DNA of 63,136 nucleotides from an uncultured Pseudomonadales bacterium (GCA_964630755.1 CAZVYS010000003.1:1-63136), one strand, 5' to 3'; numbered from the stretch's first letter, positions 1 to 9,935 are shown. Numbers and translations are program-made. The notes: generated by a model not told the origin, from the letters alone.

Positions 1-121
1 GGTTAAGTGAGATTATGAGCCTCACGAGATACTTACCTCCCACCCGCTATGTTAATGAACAATTGCTATTTTACCAGACTTCCAACAATCCTCAAACTAT
101 ATCTAACTATCTTAAGTAAAT

Positions 122-823
122 TTACGGCCTATATTTTCGCCACTCTGGATACTTATTTTTAAAAGCTGCCACTATAATATTAGCAGCTTGTTCAGTCGAC
201 AGATAAGTAGTATTAACTATCAAATCATAATAATTAGCCTTGCTTGGATGAATACCAAAATACTGCTTAATATATGTTTTTCTCTCTTTATCAAACTTCT
301 TAATCCTCTCCTTGGCTTCATACAAAGTAAAGCCTTCATATTGTGAAGTGTAGCCCGCTCTAACTAAAAACGGAGCCACAATCCGAACATGTAGCCCCCC
401 ATACTGATTAGTTACAAACGCTCCTCCTCTTCCTAAAATTACACAGTTGCCTTTTCTAGCCACAGACAAAATCACTTCACACAAACTCTTAATAAAAGTT
501 TGCTCAGATACATATTCTGGATTAAGTAGAGAATGAACCAAGTCATCCATAAATCCTCTATCTTTTTCATCCAATGACTTAATTAACGCTTTTCTCTTCT
601 TAGCCTTCTTTGCAGTCATGTCAATCAAACTTCTGTTATACAATCGAAAGCCAAGTTTTTTTGCTACTAGTTCTGCTATTGGCTTACCACCACTACCAGA
701 CTCACGAGACACCGTTATAAACGGCCTCATCTGCATTTTTCTAGCTGGCATCTTTGACTTATCCCGAAGCACCATTTCTCGTCTTTTTACGTGTTTAGAA
801 ACTAAGTTATCCAGTAATCCCAT
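122..823 (-). CDS. cytidylate kinase-like family P-loop protein
   Basis: 233-aa ORF with N-terminal P-loop region ITVSRESGSGGKPIAELVAKKLG, typical of the cytidylate-kinase-like family. Confidence 0.7.
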   Translation of the reverse strand: MGLLDNLVSKHVKRREMVLRDKSKMPARKMQMRPFITVSRESGSGGKPIAELVAKKLGFRLYNRSLIDMTAKKAKKRKALIKSLDEKDRGFMDDLVHSLLNPEYVSEQTFIKSLCEVILSVARKGNCVILGRGGAFVTNQYGGLHVRIVAPFLVRAGYTSQYEGFTLYEAKERIKKFDKERKTYIKQYFGIHPSKANYYDLIVNTTYLSTEQAANIIVAAFKNKYPEWRKYRP

Positions 824-881
824 ATTATTCCTCCACTATTTACGCAAGCCCAACTAATTATACCACCAAAAACAAGCCTGA

Positions 882-1250
882 TTAATAAAAAAACAGCTCT
901 TGCCACTTCCTAATACTGCTCAACTCTCTTTCATCATCTAATAAATCCATCACTTCCAAATCAGCTGTTTTTATCACCTCTTCTGGTATTATCACAATTT
1001 CTTCATTAGGCTTCGCCATCTTCAGCTTATTTCTCACTTGAGTTTCCCACCACTCGCCTGTTTCTATTTCCTTTAAATTCTGTTCTAATAAAAACTGCTC
1101 TTGCTTTGCATTTAATAAATCTTGTTCTGCCTCGCTAATTCGATCATCAGTGCGACTTAGTTTAATAATATCTTTAACTAGCCTAATCGACATCATCACA
1201 CTAATTACCATAATAATATACGCTAGAAGCCTCTTCTTCCCAGTTGACAT
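882..1250 (-). CDS. FtsB/DivIC-like septum formation initiator
   Basis: 122 aa with an N-terminal TM helix followed by a coiled-coil (EAEQDLLNAKQEQFLLEQNLKEIE); the architecture matches FtsB/DivIC. Confidence 0.55.
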   Translation of the reverse strand: MSTGKKRLLAYIIMVISVMMSIRLVKDIIKLSRTDDRISEAEQDLLNAKQEQFLLEQNLKEIETGEWWETQVRNKLKMAKPNEEIVIIPEEVIKTADLEVMDLLDDERELSSIRKWQELFFY

Positions 1251-1282
1251 CTATCCTCCTTGCTGGTATTATAAGATACTTT

Positions 1283-2152
1283 ATGACTAAAAAAACTCAA
1301 ACAGATCTTCAATCTGCACGTCTTAATTTTGTCAACGACCTAAAGAAACTAGGTCGTTCAAGTGCTACCATCCTAGCATACAACAAAGATGTCGACCAAC
1401 TAATCGAATTTGCTTTAAAAAACAAAGCTTCTGAACCCAGTCAATTAACCACTGACCATATCGAAGGTTTTAAAGCCTATTTAAGTGACGAAAAATACAC
1501 TGCTAAATCTATTTCCCGAAAACTTAATTCTATCAAGACTTTTTGTCGTTTCTTAATCAATCAAAACTTAATTAAAGATAATCCAGCCGCAGTTGTTTCT
1601 CATCCCAAATACGAAATTAAACCTCCTCGTATCTTAACTAAAATGGAATATCGCAGCTTAAGAGATGTTTGCCGAGATGATATTCGTGTCTATGCCATCG
1701 TTGAAATCCTTCTTCAAACCGGTATTCGCATCGGTGAACTAGCTAATCTAGAATTAACTGATGTCGACTCAAACAAGCTAGCTATCAGAGCTTACGAGTC
1801 CCACGCCGCTCGCAGTGTTCCTTTAAACAAAGCTGGTCAAGTTGCTTTAACCGAATACTTAAAAGTCAGGCCAAAAACCAAAACCAAAAACATCTTTGTT
1901 ACCAAAACTGGTAAACCTTTTTTAATCCGAAACATCAGAACTGCCATTGACAGATACTTTAAGTTAGCTGATATCAAAAACGCCAAAGTCAATGACCTAA
2001 GACACACCTTTATCGCCCACCAACTCCAAGCTGGCACTCCTTTAACTTTAATCAGTCAATTAGTTGGCCACAAAAGACTATCTACCACTGAAAAATATCT
2101 CGAAGTTGTCAAGAAAAAAGCCGACTCCCCCGCTCACTTAGAAGAGCTTTAA
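1283..2152 (+). CDS. tyrosine recombinase, XerC/XerD-like
   Basis: C-terminal catalytic region LRHTFIAHQLQAGTPLTLISQLVGHKRLSTTEKYLEV (R..HxxR..Y). N-terminal SAM-like domain present. ATG at 1283 preferred over the TTG at 1244, which overlaps the divergent gene. Confidence 0.85.
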   Translation: MTKKTQTDLQSARLNFVNDLKKLGRSSATILAYNKDVDQLIEFALKNKASEPSQLTTDHIEGFKAYLSDEKYTAKSISRKLNSIKTFCRFLINQNLIKDNPAAVVSHPKYEIKPPRILTKMEYRSLRDVCRDDIRVYAIVEILLQTGIRIGELANLELTDVDSNKLAIRAYESHAARSVPLNKAGQVALTEYLKVRPKTKTKNIFVTKTGKPFLIRNIRTAIDRYFKLADIKNAKVNDLRHTFIAHQLQAGTPLTLISQLVGHKRLSTTEKYLEVVKKKADSPAHLEEL

Positions 2153-2156
2153 ATTG

Positions 2157-2230
2157 TAGGCGCGGCTGGACTCGAACCAGCGACCGCCAAGGTATAAGCT
2201 TGGTGCTACTACCAACTGAGCTACGCGCCT
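2157..2230 (-). tRNA. tRNA-Ile with anticodon UAU
   Basis: Hand-folded cloverleaf: acceptor AGGCGCG/CGCGCCT, anticodon stem CCAAG/CTTGG with loop CTTATAC, T arm GCTGG-TTCGAGT-CCAGC, discriminator A. No encoded CCA. Confidence 0.85.
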
Positions 2231-2257
2231 TTATAACTGCTGTATTTTACCATAAGT

Positions 2258-2557
2258 TTACTTATCAACTTTTACTATCATCGGCTGTCCGCCTTTTCCA
2301 TCACACGCCCGCGTCGCACCATCTATCTCAGTCACAAACTGCCTACCACATCCATCTTCTCCTCCACATTTTGGCACCACACCGCTCCGCCAAAATCCTG
2401 GCTGATCAATTACTGCCCTAACTTCTTGCTTCGATCTGGCAGCTACCGGAAAATAAACAGCCTGGTCAAACCGACCACCACATCCCTCATCCCTTGGATG
2501 AATAAATGACACTAACCAAGTTTCAGATTCGGTTTTCATTCGCCTATTATACCCCAA
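2258..2557 (-). CDS. hypothetical small Cys/Gly-containing protein
   Basis: 99-aa ORF in a locally GC-richer patch; no recognisable motif. Confidence 0.35.
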   Translation of the reverse strand: MGYNRRMKTESETWLVSFIHPRDEGCGGRFDQAVYFPVAARSKQEVRAVIDQPGFWRSGVVPKCGGEDGCGRQFVTEIDGATRACDGKGGQPMIVKVDK

Positions 2558-2571
2558 CCTTACAACTCAAC

Positions 2572-4902
2572 CTACAACTTCGACCGCTGAACAATCTCTG
2601 CCTCAATCACATTCTTATCTCTTGCATACTTCAATCTTGATAACTGCTTAACCATCTCAGCCATCTTGGTACTTCTCAGTGACTTTATTCTAGCCATATC
2701 TTTAGTCAAATCCATGCTAAACGGCGGCACTGGCTCATTGTCTACAATTGTTTTTATATAAGCATTAAACCGCTCAATGTTAATTAAATCAGTTTCTGTA
2801 AAATTAGGTTGAAACTCATGCTGAAGATAATTAGCATCTGTCACCCCTACCCTAAAAGTGAGTAAAGTGCCTACATTTCCAAAAATAGCATTTTTAACCT
2901 CTTCATCCATCTGACCAATAAACTGATTAGCCACCGTCAACGACAATCCAAACTTCCTAGCCTCTGACAGAATTTGAGCAAAATCTGGAGTAGCAAAGTT
3001 CTGAAACTCGTCCACATATACATAAAAAGGCTTTCTTTCTTCTTCAGGAATATCCTGTCTACTCATCGAGGCAATTAAAAGCTTTGGCACTAAGATCAAA
3101 CCTAAAAAGTTACTATTCTCTTCTCCAATTCTACCTTTAGCTAAATTAATCAACAATATTTTCCCTTCATCCATTACTTGCCTAAAATTAAAAGCCGACT
3201 CAGATTGCCCAATAATATTTCTCATCATCTTGTTAGTCACAAATCTACCAAACTTACTCACAATGTAATCTAAAACTTCTGACTTATGAAAATCACTTGT
3301 TTGTGAAATTTGATCTGTCCAGTATCTTCTTACAATCGGATCCTGCACTTTCGGCAACAATTCCTGCACATACTTACTATCTGTCAACACCCTCACTACC
3401 TCAATAAAAGTACTTCCTTCTTCACACATCACCGTCAACATAGCATTTCTAATAGCGTGCTCAAATCTTGGACCAATAATTCCTGTTTTATGCGGATCAT
3501 AAAGCTTATACATCAACCCAACAATCGAAGTCACCACAAAATGCTTTTCCTCTTCAGTCCGAGCTTCAAGCATGTTCAATCCCATTGGCCTGTCAGTATC
3601 CGATGGATTAAAATATATTACATCCTCGGCCCGTTCTGGTGGAATCATCTCCAAAATCTTCTCAACCGTGTCATGTGGATCAATAAAACAAACCCCTTTT
3701 CCCTCTTTAATGTCTTGCATAATCAAATCTGTTAAAAGCTCTGACTTTCCCACACCTGTCTTGCCAATAATATAAGTATGCCTTAATCTATCTGAATCAC
3801 TTAAATGAACATTTCTAGTTACTCCCCGATAAATACTTTTCCCTATAAACAAACCAGATTTCGGAATCAAAGCTGGCGCAGGCGCTCGTTTAGCTCTTAC
3901 CCAAAAAATATGTGGCGTTTCTATACTCTTATTTGGTAAATGAAAAATAGTCGCTAACTCTTCAACGCTCAAAACACTCTTGTTTCCAAGAACCGGCTGA
4001 TACCGATAAATAAAATCAATCATAAACATCTTCTTTAGTCTAATCTTCTGATTAGTAAAGCCGTTATGATCAGAAGAATACTGCGAAAAAGCAGAAGTCA
4101 TATTAGACAAATGAGCTTCTGCTGCCTCTTTTGTTGTCGAGCTCACCACCATCCTGACTAAAGTATTAAATCCAGGTTTTGAGCATTTATTTTCTATCTC
4201 TTCATAAGTCTTAGGGTCAATATTATACTGAGCTGTCTCAGGATCAGACTCTTCTTTTTTAGTTTTAGAAATAAACGATCTACCAGCCGATTGCCAATCA
4301 TTATCAGCTGGAGAAATCACTACTTGCATTACTGCTCCTTCATTATCTCCCATCTTAGCCATTGCCGCCGTAATGCTAGAAAGCGGATCAACCGGCAAAT
4401 CTTTATATACCTGTATCGGATAAAAAGAAGCACTGCTAAGCTTCATCGATGCAAACGCCACCTTGCCATGATCAGAAAAAATACTATACTCATCTACTTC
4501 TTTAACATCAGCTCCTGGATAAGCTCCGTGAATTTGCTTTTCAACTAAATCCCGCAACTTCTCTGGCACAGACACATAAAACCTTATATCTTCTTTTCTA
4601 GCTACAATCTCAAATGACAAATGCTCTTGAGCTTTAAGAAACGAAAAAATCCCTCCACTTTTTTTAAGACTAATTAACGATGCAAACATCTGCTCCGCCG
4701 CGTCAATCTTAATCTCATTATCTCTAGGTACAGCAATCTGTAGCAACACAAACTCTAGCGATTTCTTTTCCCTATCTCTAAACTTCCACCAACGAACAAA
4801 TAAATAAAATAAACCTGCAAATACTAAAAGACCCAATCCCAATCCAAAAGCTACCAGAACTAAATACCTAGCTTGATCAAGTATGGTTGAAAATTGATCC
4901 AT
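2572..4902 (-). CDS. VirD4/TraG/TraD-like membrane-anchored P-loop ATPase (type IV coupling protein-like)
   Basis: 776 aa with an N-terminal TM segment, Walker A IIGKTGVGKSE and Walker B FYVYVDEFQNF. The overall layout resembles T4SS coupling proteins. Confidence 0.75.
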   Translation of the reverse strand: MDQFSTILDQARYLVLVAFGLGLGLLVFAGLFYLFVRWWKFRDREKKSLEFVLLQIAVPRDNEIKIDAAEQMFASLISLKKSGGIFSFLKAQEHLSFEIVARKEDIRFYVSVPEKLRDLVEKQIHGAYPGADVKEVDEYSIFSDHGKVAFASMKLSSASFYPIQVYKDLPVDPLSSITAAMAKMGDNEGAVMQVVISPADNDWQSAGRSFISKTKKEESDPETAQYNIDPKTYEEIENKCSKPGFNTLVRMVVSSTTKEAAEAHLSNMTSAFSQYSSDHNGFTNQKIRLKKMFMIDFIYRYQPVLGNKSVLSVEELATIFHLPNKSIETPHIFWVRAKRAPAPALIPKSGLFIGKSIYRGVTRNVHLSDSDRLRHTYIIGKTGVGKSELLTDLIMQDIKEGKGVCFIDPHDTVEKILEMIPPERAEDVIYFNPSDTDRPMGLNMLEARTEEEKHFVVTSIVGLMYKLYDPHKTGIIGPRFEHAIRNAMLTVMCEEGSTFIEVVRVLTDSKYVQELLPKVQDPIVRRYWTDQISQTSDFHKSEVLDYIVSKFGRFVTNKMMRNIIGQSESAFNFRQVMDEGKILLINLAKGRIGEENSNFLGLILVPKLLIASMSRQDIPEEERKPFYVYVDEFQNFATPDFAQILSEARKFGLSLTVANQFIGQMDEEVKNAIFGNVGTLLTFRVGVTDANYLQHEFQPNFTETDLINIERFNAYIKTIVDNEPVPPFSMDLTKDMARIKSLRSTKMAEMVKQLSRLKYARDKNVIEAEIVQRSKL

Positions 4903-5333
4903 TACTTTCTCCTATAAGCTACTTTACCAGAAAACATCTTCATCATTCGCACGCACCACTCAGCTAACCATCTAACGCTATCAAGAACCTTGCGATGCAG
5001 CCCCTTATCTACTTCTTCTTTTGTTAATGGCAATACCACCTTAAACTTATTTTTCTTTTTATCATCAACGTCATCAAGCACCACTTGTCCTTTATCATCA
5101 GTTACTGGTTGTTGCAAGGCTGCATCTTCTTTCTCTAGCTTCTCAAGCCAACTTTCTACCTCAGGCTCCAAATCCACCTTTCTAGTATACTCGGTCATTG
5201 GAGTCACTTCTTGCTTGCCCACTCCAGCATCTACTCTCTCTTTTCCAGCCGACAAACCACCACCTGCTAATGTCTGTCCCGTAACCGCGGGATCTTGCTT
5301 CTTTTTCTTGTCATCCTTGGGCAGATTAGTCAT
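4902..5333 (-). CDS. hypothetical charged protein
   Basis: 143-aa ORF whose stop abuts the start codon of the downstream ATPase gene; no known motif. Confidence 0.5.
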   Translation of the reverse strand: MTNLPKDDKKKKQDPAVTGQTLAGGGLSAGKERVDAGVGKQEVTPMTEYTRKVDLEPEVESWLEKLEKEDAALQQPVTDDKGQVVLDDVDDKKKNKFKVVLPLTKEEVDKGLHRKVLDSVRWLAEWCVRMMKMFSGKVAYRRK

Positions 5334-5361
5334 ATACTCATGATATCACAAATCCTAATCC

Positions 5362-6444
5362 CTATAATCTATCTTTGTAGCTATCCACCAAGGCTTCAAA
5401 CTGCTCCCAACCCCTTAAAGCTAAATTATCTCCTTCACCATAAAACGCCTCCCAATACCTCCAGGCATTTTTACTTCCACTAAATACTATGTTTTTAGCA
5501 AACTTATAAAAAGGCTCTGAAGCCTCAACTTCATTAACTAAACCTCCTGCTTTCTTATTAAAAAACCATGGTTGACTTAAAGCAAAGTCTGTTGCCAAAG
5601 AAAATCGATTAGCATCATAATTCACATCCCCTGCCTGCAATAAATCTGCTCTTGCAACTATTTCTCTAACTATCTCAACCGTCTTTTCTCCCCAACCGCT
5701 ATTTGCTAAATTCCCACTATATCTAGTCTTAAAATCTTGACTAGTTTCATCACTCTCATAATCCACCATCAACATTACTGCCATCACTTCTTTAGAGCTT
5801 ACCTTACCCATGCTTAACTCACGCATTCTTGCCATCACATAAACTTTACTATCCACTAAATCCCAATCAACATCATGAATCATCATAGCCTTCAAGACAA
5901 CTTCGACCTTTCTTAGATCCAACATCTCTGTAGTTAACTCTTTTATTTTTAAGGCTCCGATTAACTCTCTAGCTGTATTAATTACAACCTGAGCTACATG
6001 ACCATTAGCCTCTTTCCAGCTACCTAAATTATGATAATAAGCCTTTTCATCTACTGGTAATCCTTCAGCTAAATCCTGATATGCTTCATGCACTACCCTC
6101 AATCCTTCAATCATCTGACCCACTTTTTTAAGATTAAAAAAACCACCAAATCCTTCCTCAATCTCCAACCAAGCTAACTCTCCATAGCCTTTCCCGTTCT
6201 CACCATTATCCTGATATTTCTCTCTTAATCGCTCCTCGTCCTCTCCAAACCCTTTCCATCTAGCTGGTGTGGTTACTAACCACACTCCATTTTCTTTGCC
6301 CAGTAACTCCCAAATCTCTTCTGGCAACAATTCTTTTGGGAAAAAACTCTCTTCTAAACCTGTCATTTCTTTAAAAGGCCGAGTCTCAATATTTGCTCGC
6401 AGTGGTTCTTTATTTACTTTTTCAGCTTGCTCTAAGTTATTCAT
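5362..6444 (-). CDS. hypothetical protein
   Basis: 360-aa uninterrupted ORF in the same operon-like run; no recognisable domain. Confidence 0.6.
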   Translation of the reverse strand: MNNLEQAEKVNKEPLRANIETRPFKEMTGLEESFFPKELLPEEIWELLGKENGVWLVTTPARWKGFGEDEERLREKYQDNGENGKGYGELAWLEIEEGFGGFFNLKKVGQMIEGLRVVHEAYQDLAEGLPVDEKAYYHNLGSWKEANGHVAQVVINTARELIGALKIKELTTEMLDLRKVEVVLKAMMIHDVDWDLVDSKVYVMARMRELSMGKVSSKEVMAVMLMVDYESDETSQDFKTRYSGNLANSGWGEKTVEIVREIVARADLLQAGDVNYDANRFSLATDFALSQPWFFNKKAGGLVNEVEASEPFYKFAKNIVFSGSKNAWRYWEAFYGEGDNLALRGWEQFEALVDSYKDRL

Positions 6445-6455
6445 TGTTATTCACC

Positions 6456-7010
6456 CTAATAATCAAGGCCCTTAACAGCCTTAATTCCTTTATCAAACGG
6501 GTGTTTAATTTTCTTACACTCTGTCACCAAATCCGCCACCTCTAATAATCTTGCTGAGACTTCAAGGCCAGGCCTTGAAGTTCTCCCTGTTAAAACAACA
6601 TGAGTCTTCCCCCTCTTCCCTACTACTCTCATAACTTCTTTTTCCTTTATCAGTTTATCAGCAATCGCCTTAACCACCTCATCCATTACTAACACATCCA
6701 CTTTTTTTAACAAACTCTCAGCTTTTTTTAAGGCCGCGGCCGCGGCCTTCTTATGCTCTTCAGGAAACGCTTTGTCTGTTGGCAATTTATAAAATCCCTT
6801 TCCCATAAAATACATCTCTATTTTACCTTCAGGGATCATCCCTGAAGGTAACTTCTTCTCAGATATTGGCCAACTTTCTTCTTTATACCAACTCACCCAA
6901 CCCACCTTCATCTTATTGCATGCCGCTCTTGCTACCATTCCCAAAGCCGCCGAGGTCTTACCCTTCCCGTTTCCTGTAAAAACATAAACTAAGCCATCTT
7001 TAACGCTCAT
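6456..7010 (-). CDS. cobO: cob(I)alamin / cob(I)yrinic acid a,c-diamide adenosyltransferase (CobA/CobO/BtuR type)
   Basis: VFTGNGKGKTSAALG P-loop, DE motif, LTGR, and C-terminal KHPFDKGIKAVKGLDY, all closely matching BtuR/CobA family landmarks. Confidence 0.9.
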   Translation of the reverse strand: MSVKDGLVYVFTGNGKGKTSAALGMVARAACNKMKVGWVSWYKEESWPISEKKLPSGMIPEGKIEMYFMGKGFYKLPTDKAFPEEHKKAAAAALKKAESLLKKVDVLVMDEVVKAIADKLIKEKEVMRVVGKRGKTHVVLTGRTSRPGLEVSARLLEVADLVTECKKIKHPFDKGIKAVKGLDY

Positions 7011-7698
7011 AGCCTGTCTCTAGTTTACACTTTTTTCGCCAGTCTTTTACTGGCTTTACTCCAAACTCTTTCAATAAATTCTCAAGATACTCAAGCGGAA
7101 AACCCAATACATTAGTAAAAGAGCCTTTAATTTCTTTTACCAAACTCCCATATCCCGGTAACTGATACCTAATACTATACCCTCCCCCCTTGTCTAACAC
7201 TTCAAACTTTTTTAAATAATCTTCAATAATCTTTTCCTTATAAGCCTTCATCTTCACCTTAGTTTCACACACGCTTAATCTTCCCTCTTCAGATTTAGAA
7301 TCAACCAAAGCTACTCCACACCAAACCGAGTGAGTCTTGCCACCTAAACTCATCAACATCTTCTTGGCTTCTTTTTTATCTCTAGGCTTTCCTATCTGTC
7401 TTCCCTCAAGCTCCACAATCAAATCCGATCCAATAATTAAACTTCTCTCTTCACTTTCCCCTCGGCTTTTACCAATGGTCGAATGGTGAATACCATTCGT
7501 CGAGGATTTTTTGCTAAGTTCACCCGGCGAATGCCGGGGATTGCTAGCCTTTAACATACTAAGTTCCGCCACCAAGTCCTCACCACTATCTGCCTTTATT
7601 TTCGCCTCGTCAACCTTATGCCCAACTACCTTAAAAGGTAAGCCCATCCACTTAAGTAGCTCCTTTCTTCTTGGTGACTCTGAAGCTAAATAGAGCAT
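7000..7698 (-). CDS. maf: Maf-like nucleoside triphosphate pyrophosphatase, carrying an internal repeat-derived insertion
   Basis: MLYLASESPRRKELL N-terminus and IIGSDLIVELEGRQIGKPRDKKEAKKML core. An extra segment SNPRHSPGELSKKSSTNGIHHSTIGKS is encoded by repeat copy A. Confidence 0.85.
   Translation of the reverse strand: MLYLASESPRRKELLKWMGLPFKVVGHKVDEAKIKADSGEDLVAELSMLKASNPRHSPGELSKKSSTNGIHHSTIGKSRGESEERSLIIGSDLIVELEGRQIGKPRDKKEAKKMLMSLGGKTHSVWCGVALVDSKSEEGRLSVCETKVKMKAYKEKIIEDYLKKFEVLDKGGGYSIRYQLPGYGSLVKEIKGSFTNVLGFPLEYLENLLKEFGVKPVKDWRKKCKLETGYER
7471..7539 (+). repeat. GAAT-loop double-hairpin repeat, copy A (inside maf)
   Basis: accaatggt-CGAATGGT gaat ACCATTCG-spacer-CCCGGC gaat GCCGGG. 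Confidence 0.85.
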
Positions 7699-9911
7699 TT
7701 GGAAAACCCGCAAGCCCTACAAGTCATGCATCCTTCACCCATCTCCATCTCTTCACCACACTCAGGGCAAGTATTCTTCAGCGGTTTAACTTTCACCTTG
7801 CTTTGAATAACTTGTTTTGATTTATTTTTCTTTTTAGTTGTTTCTAAAACCTGCCCTTCCCTTGACCCAGATCGATAAATCGTCACCCCCTTACACTTAC
7901 TTTCCCAAGCTAACATATAAGTTTTTTCCACCTCCACCATTGACGCATCATTAGCAAAATTAATCGTTTTACTCACTGCATTCTCAGTGTGCCTTTGAAT
8001 AGCCGCCTGCATCTTAATATGCCCTTCTGGACTAACATCAAAAGCGGTTTTAAAAACTTTTTTAATTGAACTAGGCAAATACTCAATTTCTTGACAACTA
8101 CCTGATTTAGCCACCCGTAAAAATACCTCACTTTTCTGCTCTTCGCTTATTTTTAAACCCTCTATTGCCTTTTTAAAATACGGATTAACATAACTAAGCC
8201 CACCCTCTTCAACCACGTTTTTTACATATGATAAAGCAAAATTTGGTTCAATCCCACTTGAACAATCTGCCACCATACTAATGGTGCCGGTTGGAGCTAT
8301 TGTCGTTACTGCTAAATTTCTTCTAGTCTCGCCAGACTTCTCAAATAAACTCCCTTTTATATTCTTAAAAACTCCTTTTTCCTTGCCCAATCTCTCTGAT
8401 TCATTTATAGCTACCTTGTTCACAAACTTCATAGTTTTTTTAGCAACTTTAAGTCCTTCATCTGTGTCATACCCCACTCCCAATTGATACAGCATATCAG
8501 CCAAGCCCATTACCCCTAAACCAATCCTTCTATTAGCCTTAGCCATTTTCTTAATCTCTTTGATTGGATACAAACTCACATCTACTCCATTGTCCAAGAA
8601 CCTCACCGCTACACGAGTAACTACTTCCAATCTTTTCCAGTTTACGGTTCCCACCGAATCTTTACGCGCAAAGCGAACCATTCGAGCCAAATTTATTGAT
8701 CCTAAATTACAAACATCAAATGGGTGAAGTGGCTGTTCTCCGCAAGGATTAGTAGCCTCAAGCCTGCCCAAAGTCTCAATTACTGGGTTATTTTTATTAA
8801 TCGTATCCAAAAACACCATTCCCGGATCCCCTGTTCTCCAAGCCAAACTAACTATTTGATTAAATAAATTCCTAGCCTTTATCGTTTGAACCACTTCTCT
8901 CGTTCTAGGATTCCTGAGTTTAAAATTCTTGTTTCCTTTCACTGCTCTCATAAACTCATCTGTTACTCCCACCGAAATATTAAAATTGGCTATCTCCCCT
9001 TCTTCAGTCTTGCAAGTAATAAACTCCAAAATATCCGGATGATCAATATTTAATATCCCCATGTTTGCTCCCATTCTATAGCCCCCTTGCATCACCTGAG
9101 CTGTAGCTGCATCAAACACCTTCATAAAACTAACCGGTCCGGTGGCAAATCCTCCACTAGACTTAACATAGTCTCCTTTTGGCCGAAGCTTTGAAAAATT
9201 AAAGCCCGTTCCTCCTCCGGCCTGCTGAACCAAAGCCAGCCACTTTACCGCGTTAAAAATCTCCTCCATGCCGTCCTCAACCGGCAACACAAAGCAATTA
9301 GCCAATGTCGGTCTATTTGTTCCTGCTGATCTTAAATATCCTCCTGCTGGCACAAATTCTAATTTAGAAATCACCTCATAAAACTTTTCTTCCCATTTTG
9401 CTTGATTCTTTTTCCCCTTCTCTTTTAAAGCTATGTACTTTGACACTCTTCTAAATAGATCATTTGGCGTCTCTGTTGCTTTGCCATACTCGTCGTGTCT
9501 TAAATATCGATTCTCAAGCACCTTCAGTTGATTAATCGACAAGCCTAAATCATCTTCTACCCCCAAAGCTTGCTTGGCCTCTCTCACCTTCTGATGCTTT
9601 TCTCGGTAAATTATATACGCCTTGGCTGGATTAAAATGACCAGCAGCCATCAATACTTGCTCTACTACGTCTTGAACCTGCTCAACACTCGGAAACTCAC
9701 CATTCACGCCTTTCTTTAAAATATTAACCACTATCTTAGTTAATCTTTCAGCTTCCTTTTTCCTTCTACTCTCCTCTACTATCTCTCCTGTGGCTTCAAA
9801 AGCCTTCACAATCGCCCCAATCACCTTAGCTTCCTCAAAAGCCACTACTTGGCCATTTCGTTTTCTTATTTTACTTAAATCTGTCATAAATAACTTATCA
9901 ATTACGCCCAA
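7686..9911 (-). CDS. nrdJ: class II (adenosylcobalamin-dependent) ribonucleotide reductase with N-terminal ATP-cone
   Basis: 741 aa with an ATP-cone-like N-terminus (RKRNGQVVAFEEAKV), NCFVLPV, thiyl-radical motif [17 protein letters not shown], and a C-terminal CxxC...CxxC zinc ribbon. Confidence 0.92.
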   Translation of the reverse strand: MGVIDKLFMTDLSKIRKRNGQVVAFEEAKVIGAIVKAFEATGEIVEESRRKKEAERLTKIVVNILKKGVNGEFPSVEQVQDVVEQVLMAAGHFNPAKAYIIYREKHQKVREAKQALGVEDDLGLSINQLKVLENRYLRHDEYGKATETPNDLFRRVSKYIALKEKGKKNQAKWEEKFYEVISKLEFVPAGGYLRSAGTNRPTLANCFVLPVEDGMEEIFNAVKWLALVQQAGGGTGFNFSKLRPKGDYVKSSGGFATGPVSFMKVFDAATAQVMQGGYRMGANMGILNIDHPDILEFITCKTEEGEIANFNISVGVTDEFMRAVKGNKNFKLRNPRTREVVQTIKARNLFNQIVSLAWRTGDPGMVFLDTINKNNPVIETLGRLEATNPCGEQPLHPFDVCNLGSINLARMVRFARKDSVGTVNWKRLEVVTRVAVRFLDNGVDVSLYPIKEIKKMAKANRRIGLGVMGLADMLYQLGVGYDTDEGLKVAKKTMKFVNKVAINESERLGKEKGVFKNIKGSLFEKSGETRRNLAVTTIAPTGTISMVADCSSGIEPNFALSYVKNVVEEGGLSYVNPYFKKAIEGLKISEEQKSEVFLRVAKSGSCQEIEYLPSSIKKVFKTAFDVSPEGHIKMQAAIQRHTENAVSKTINFANDASMVEVEKTYMLAWESKCKGVTIYRSGSREGQVLETTKKKNKSKQVIQSKVKVKPLKNTCPECGEEMEMGEGCMTCRACGFSKCSI

Positions 9912-9935
9912 TGCAGACAGAAGTGCAGCGTTTTG

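Noticed and set aside
2231-2571. Locally GC-richer patch next to the tRNA considered as a structured RNA gene (RNase P, SRP, tmRNA, 6S).
   Set aside because: I could not find any of the universal motifs of these RNAs on either strand. A 99-aa ORF fits the region, so it is kept as a low-confidence CDS.
1283-6444. tRNA plus tyrosine recombinase plus VirD4-like ATPase interpreted as an integrative conjugative element.
   Set aside because: The recombinase abuts the 3' end of the tRNA while the VirD4-like genes lie on its 5' side. I saw no duplicated tRNA 3' fragment (att repeat), relaxase or T4SS genes. The recombinase looks like a housekeeping XerC/D.
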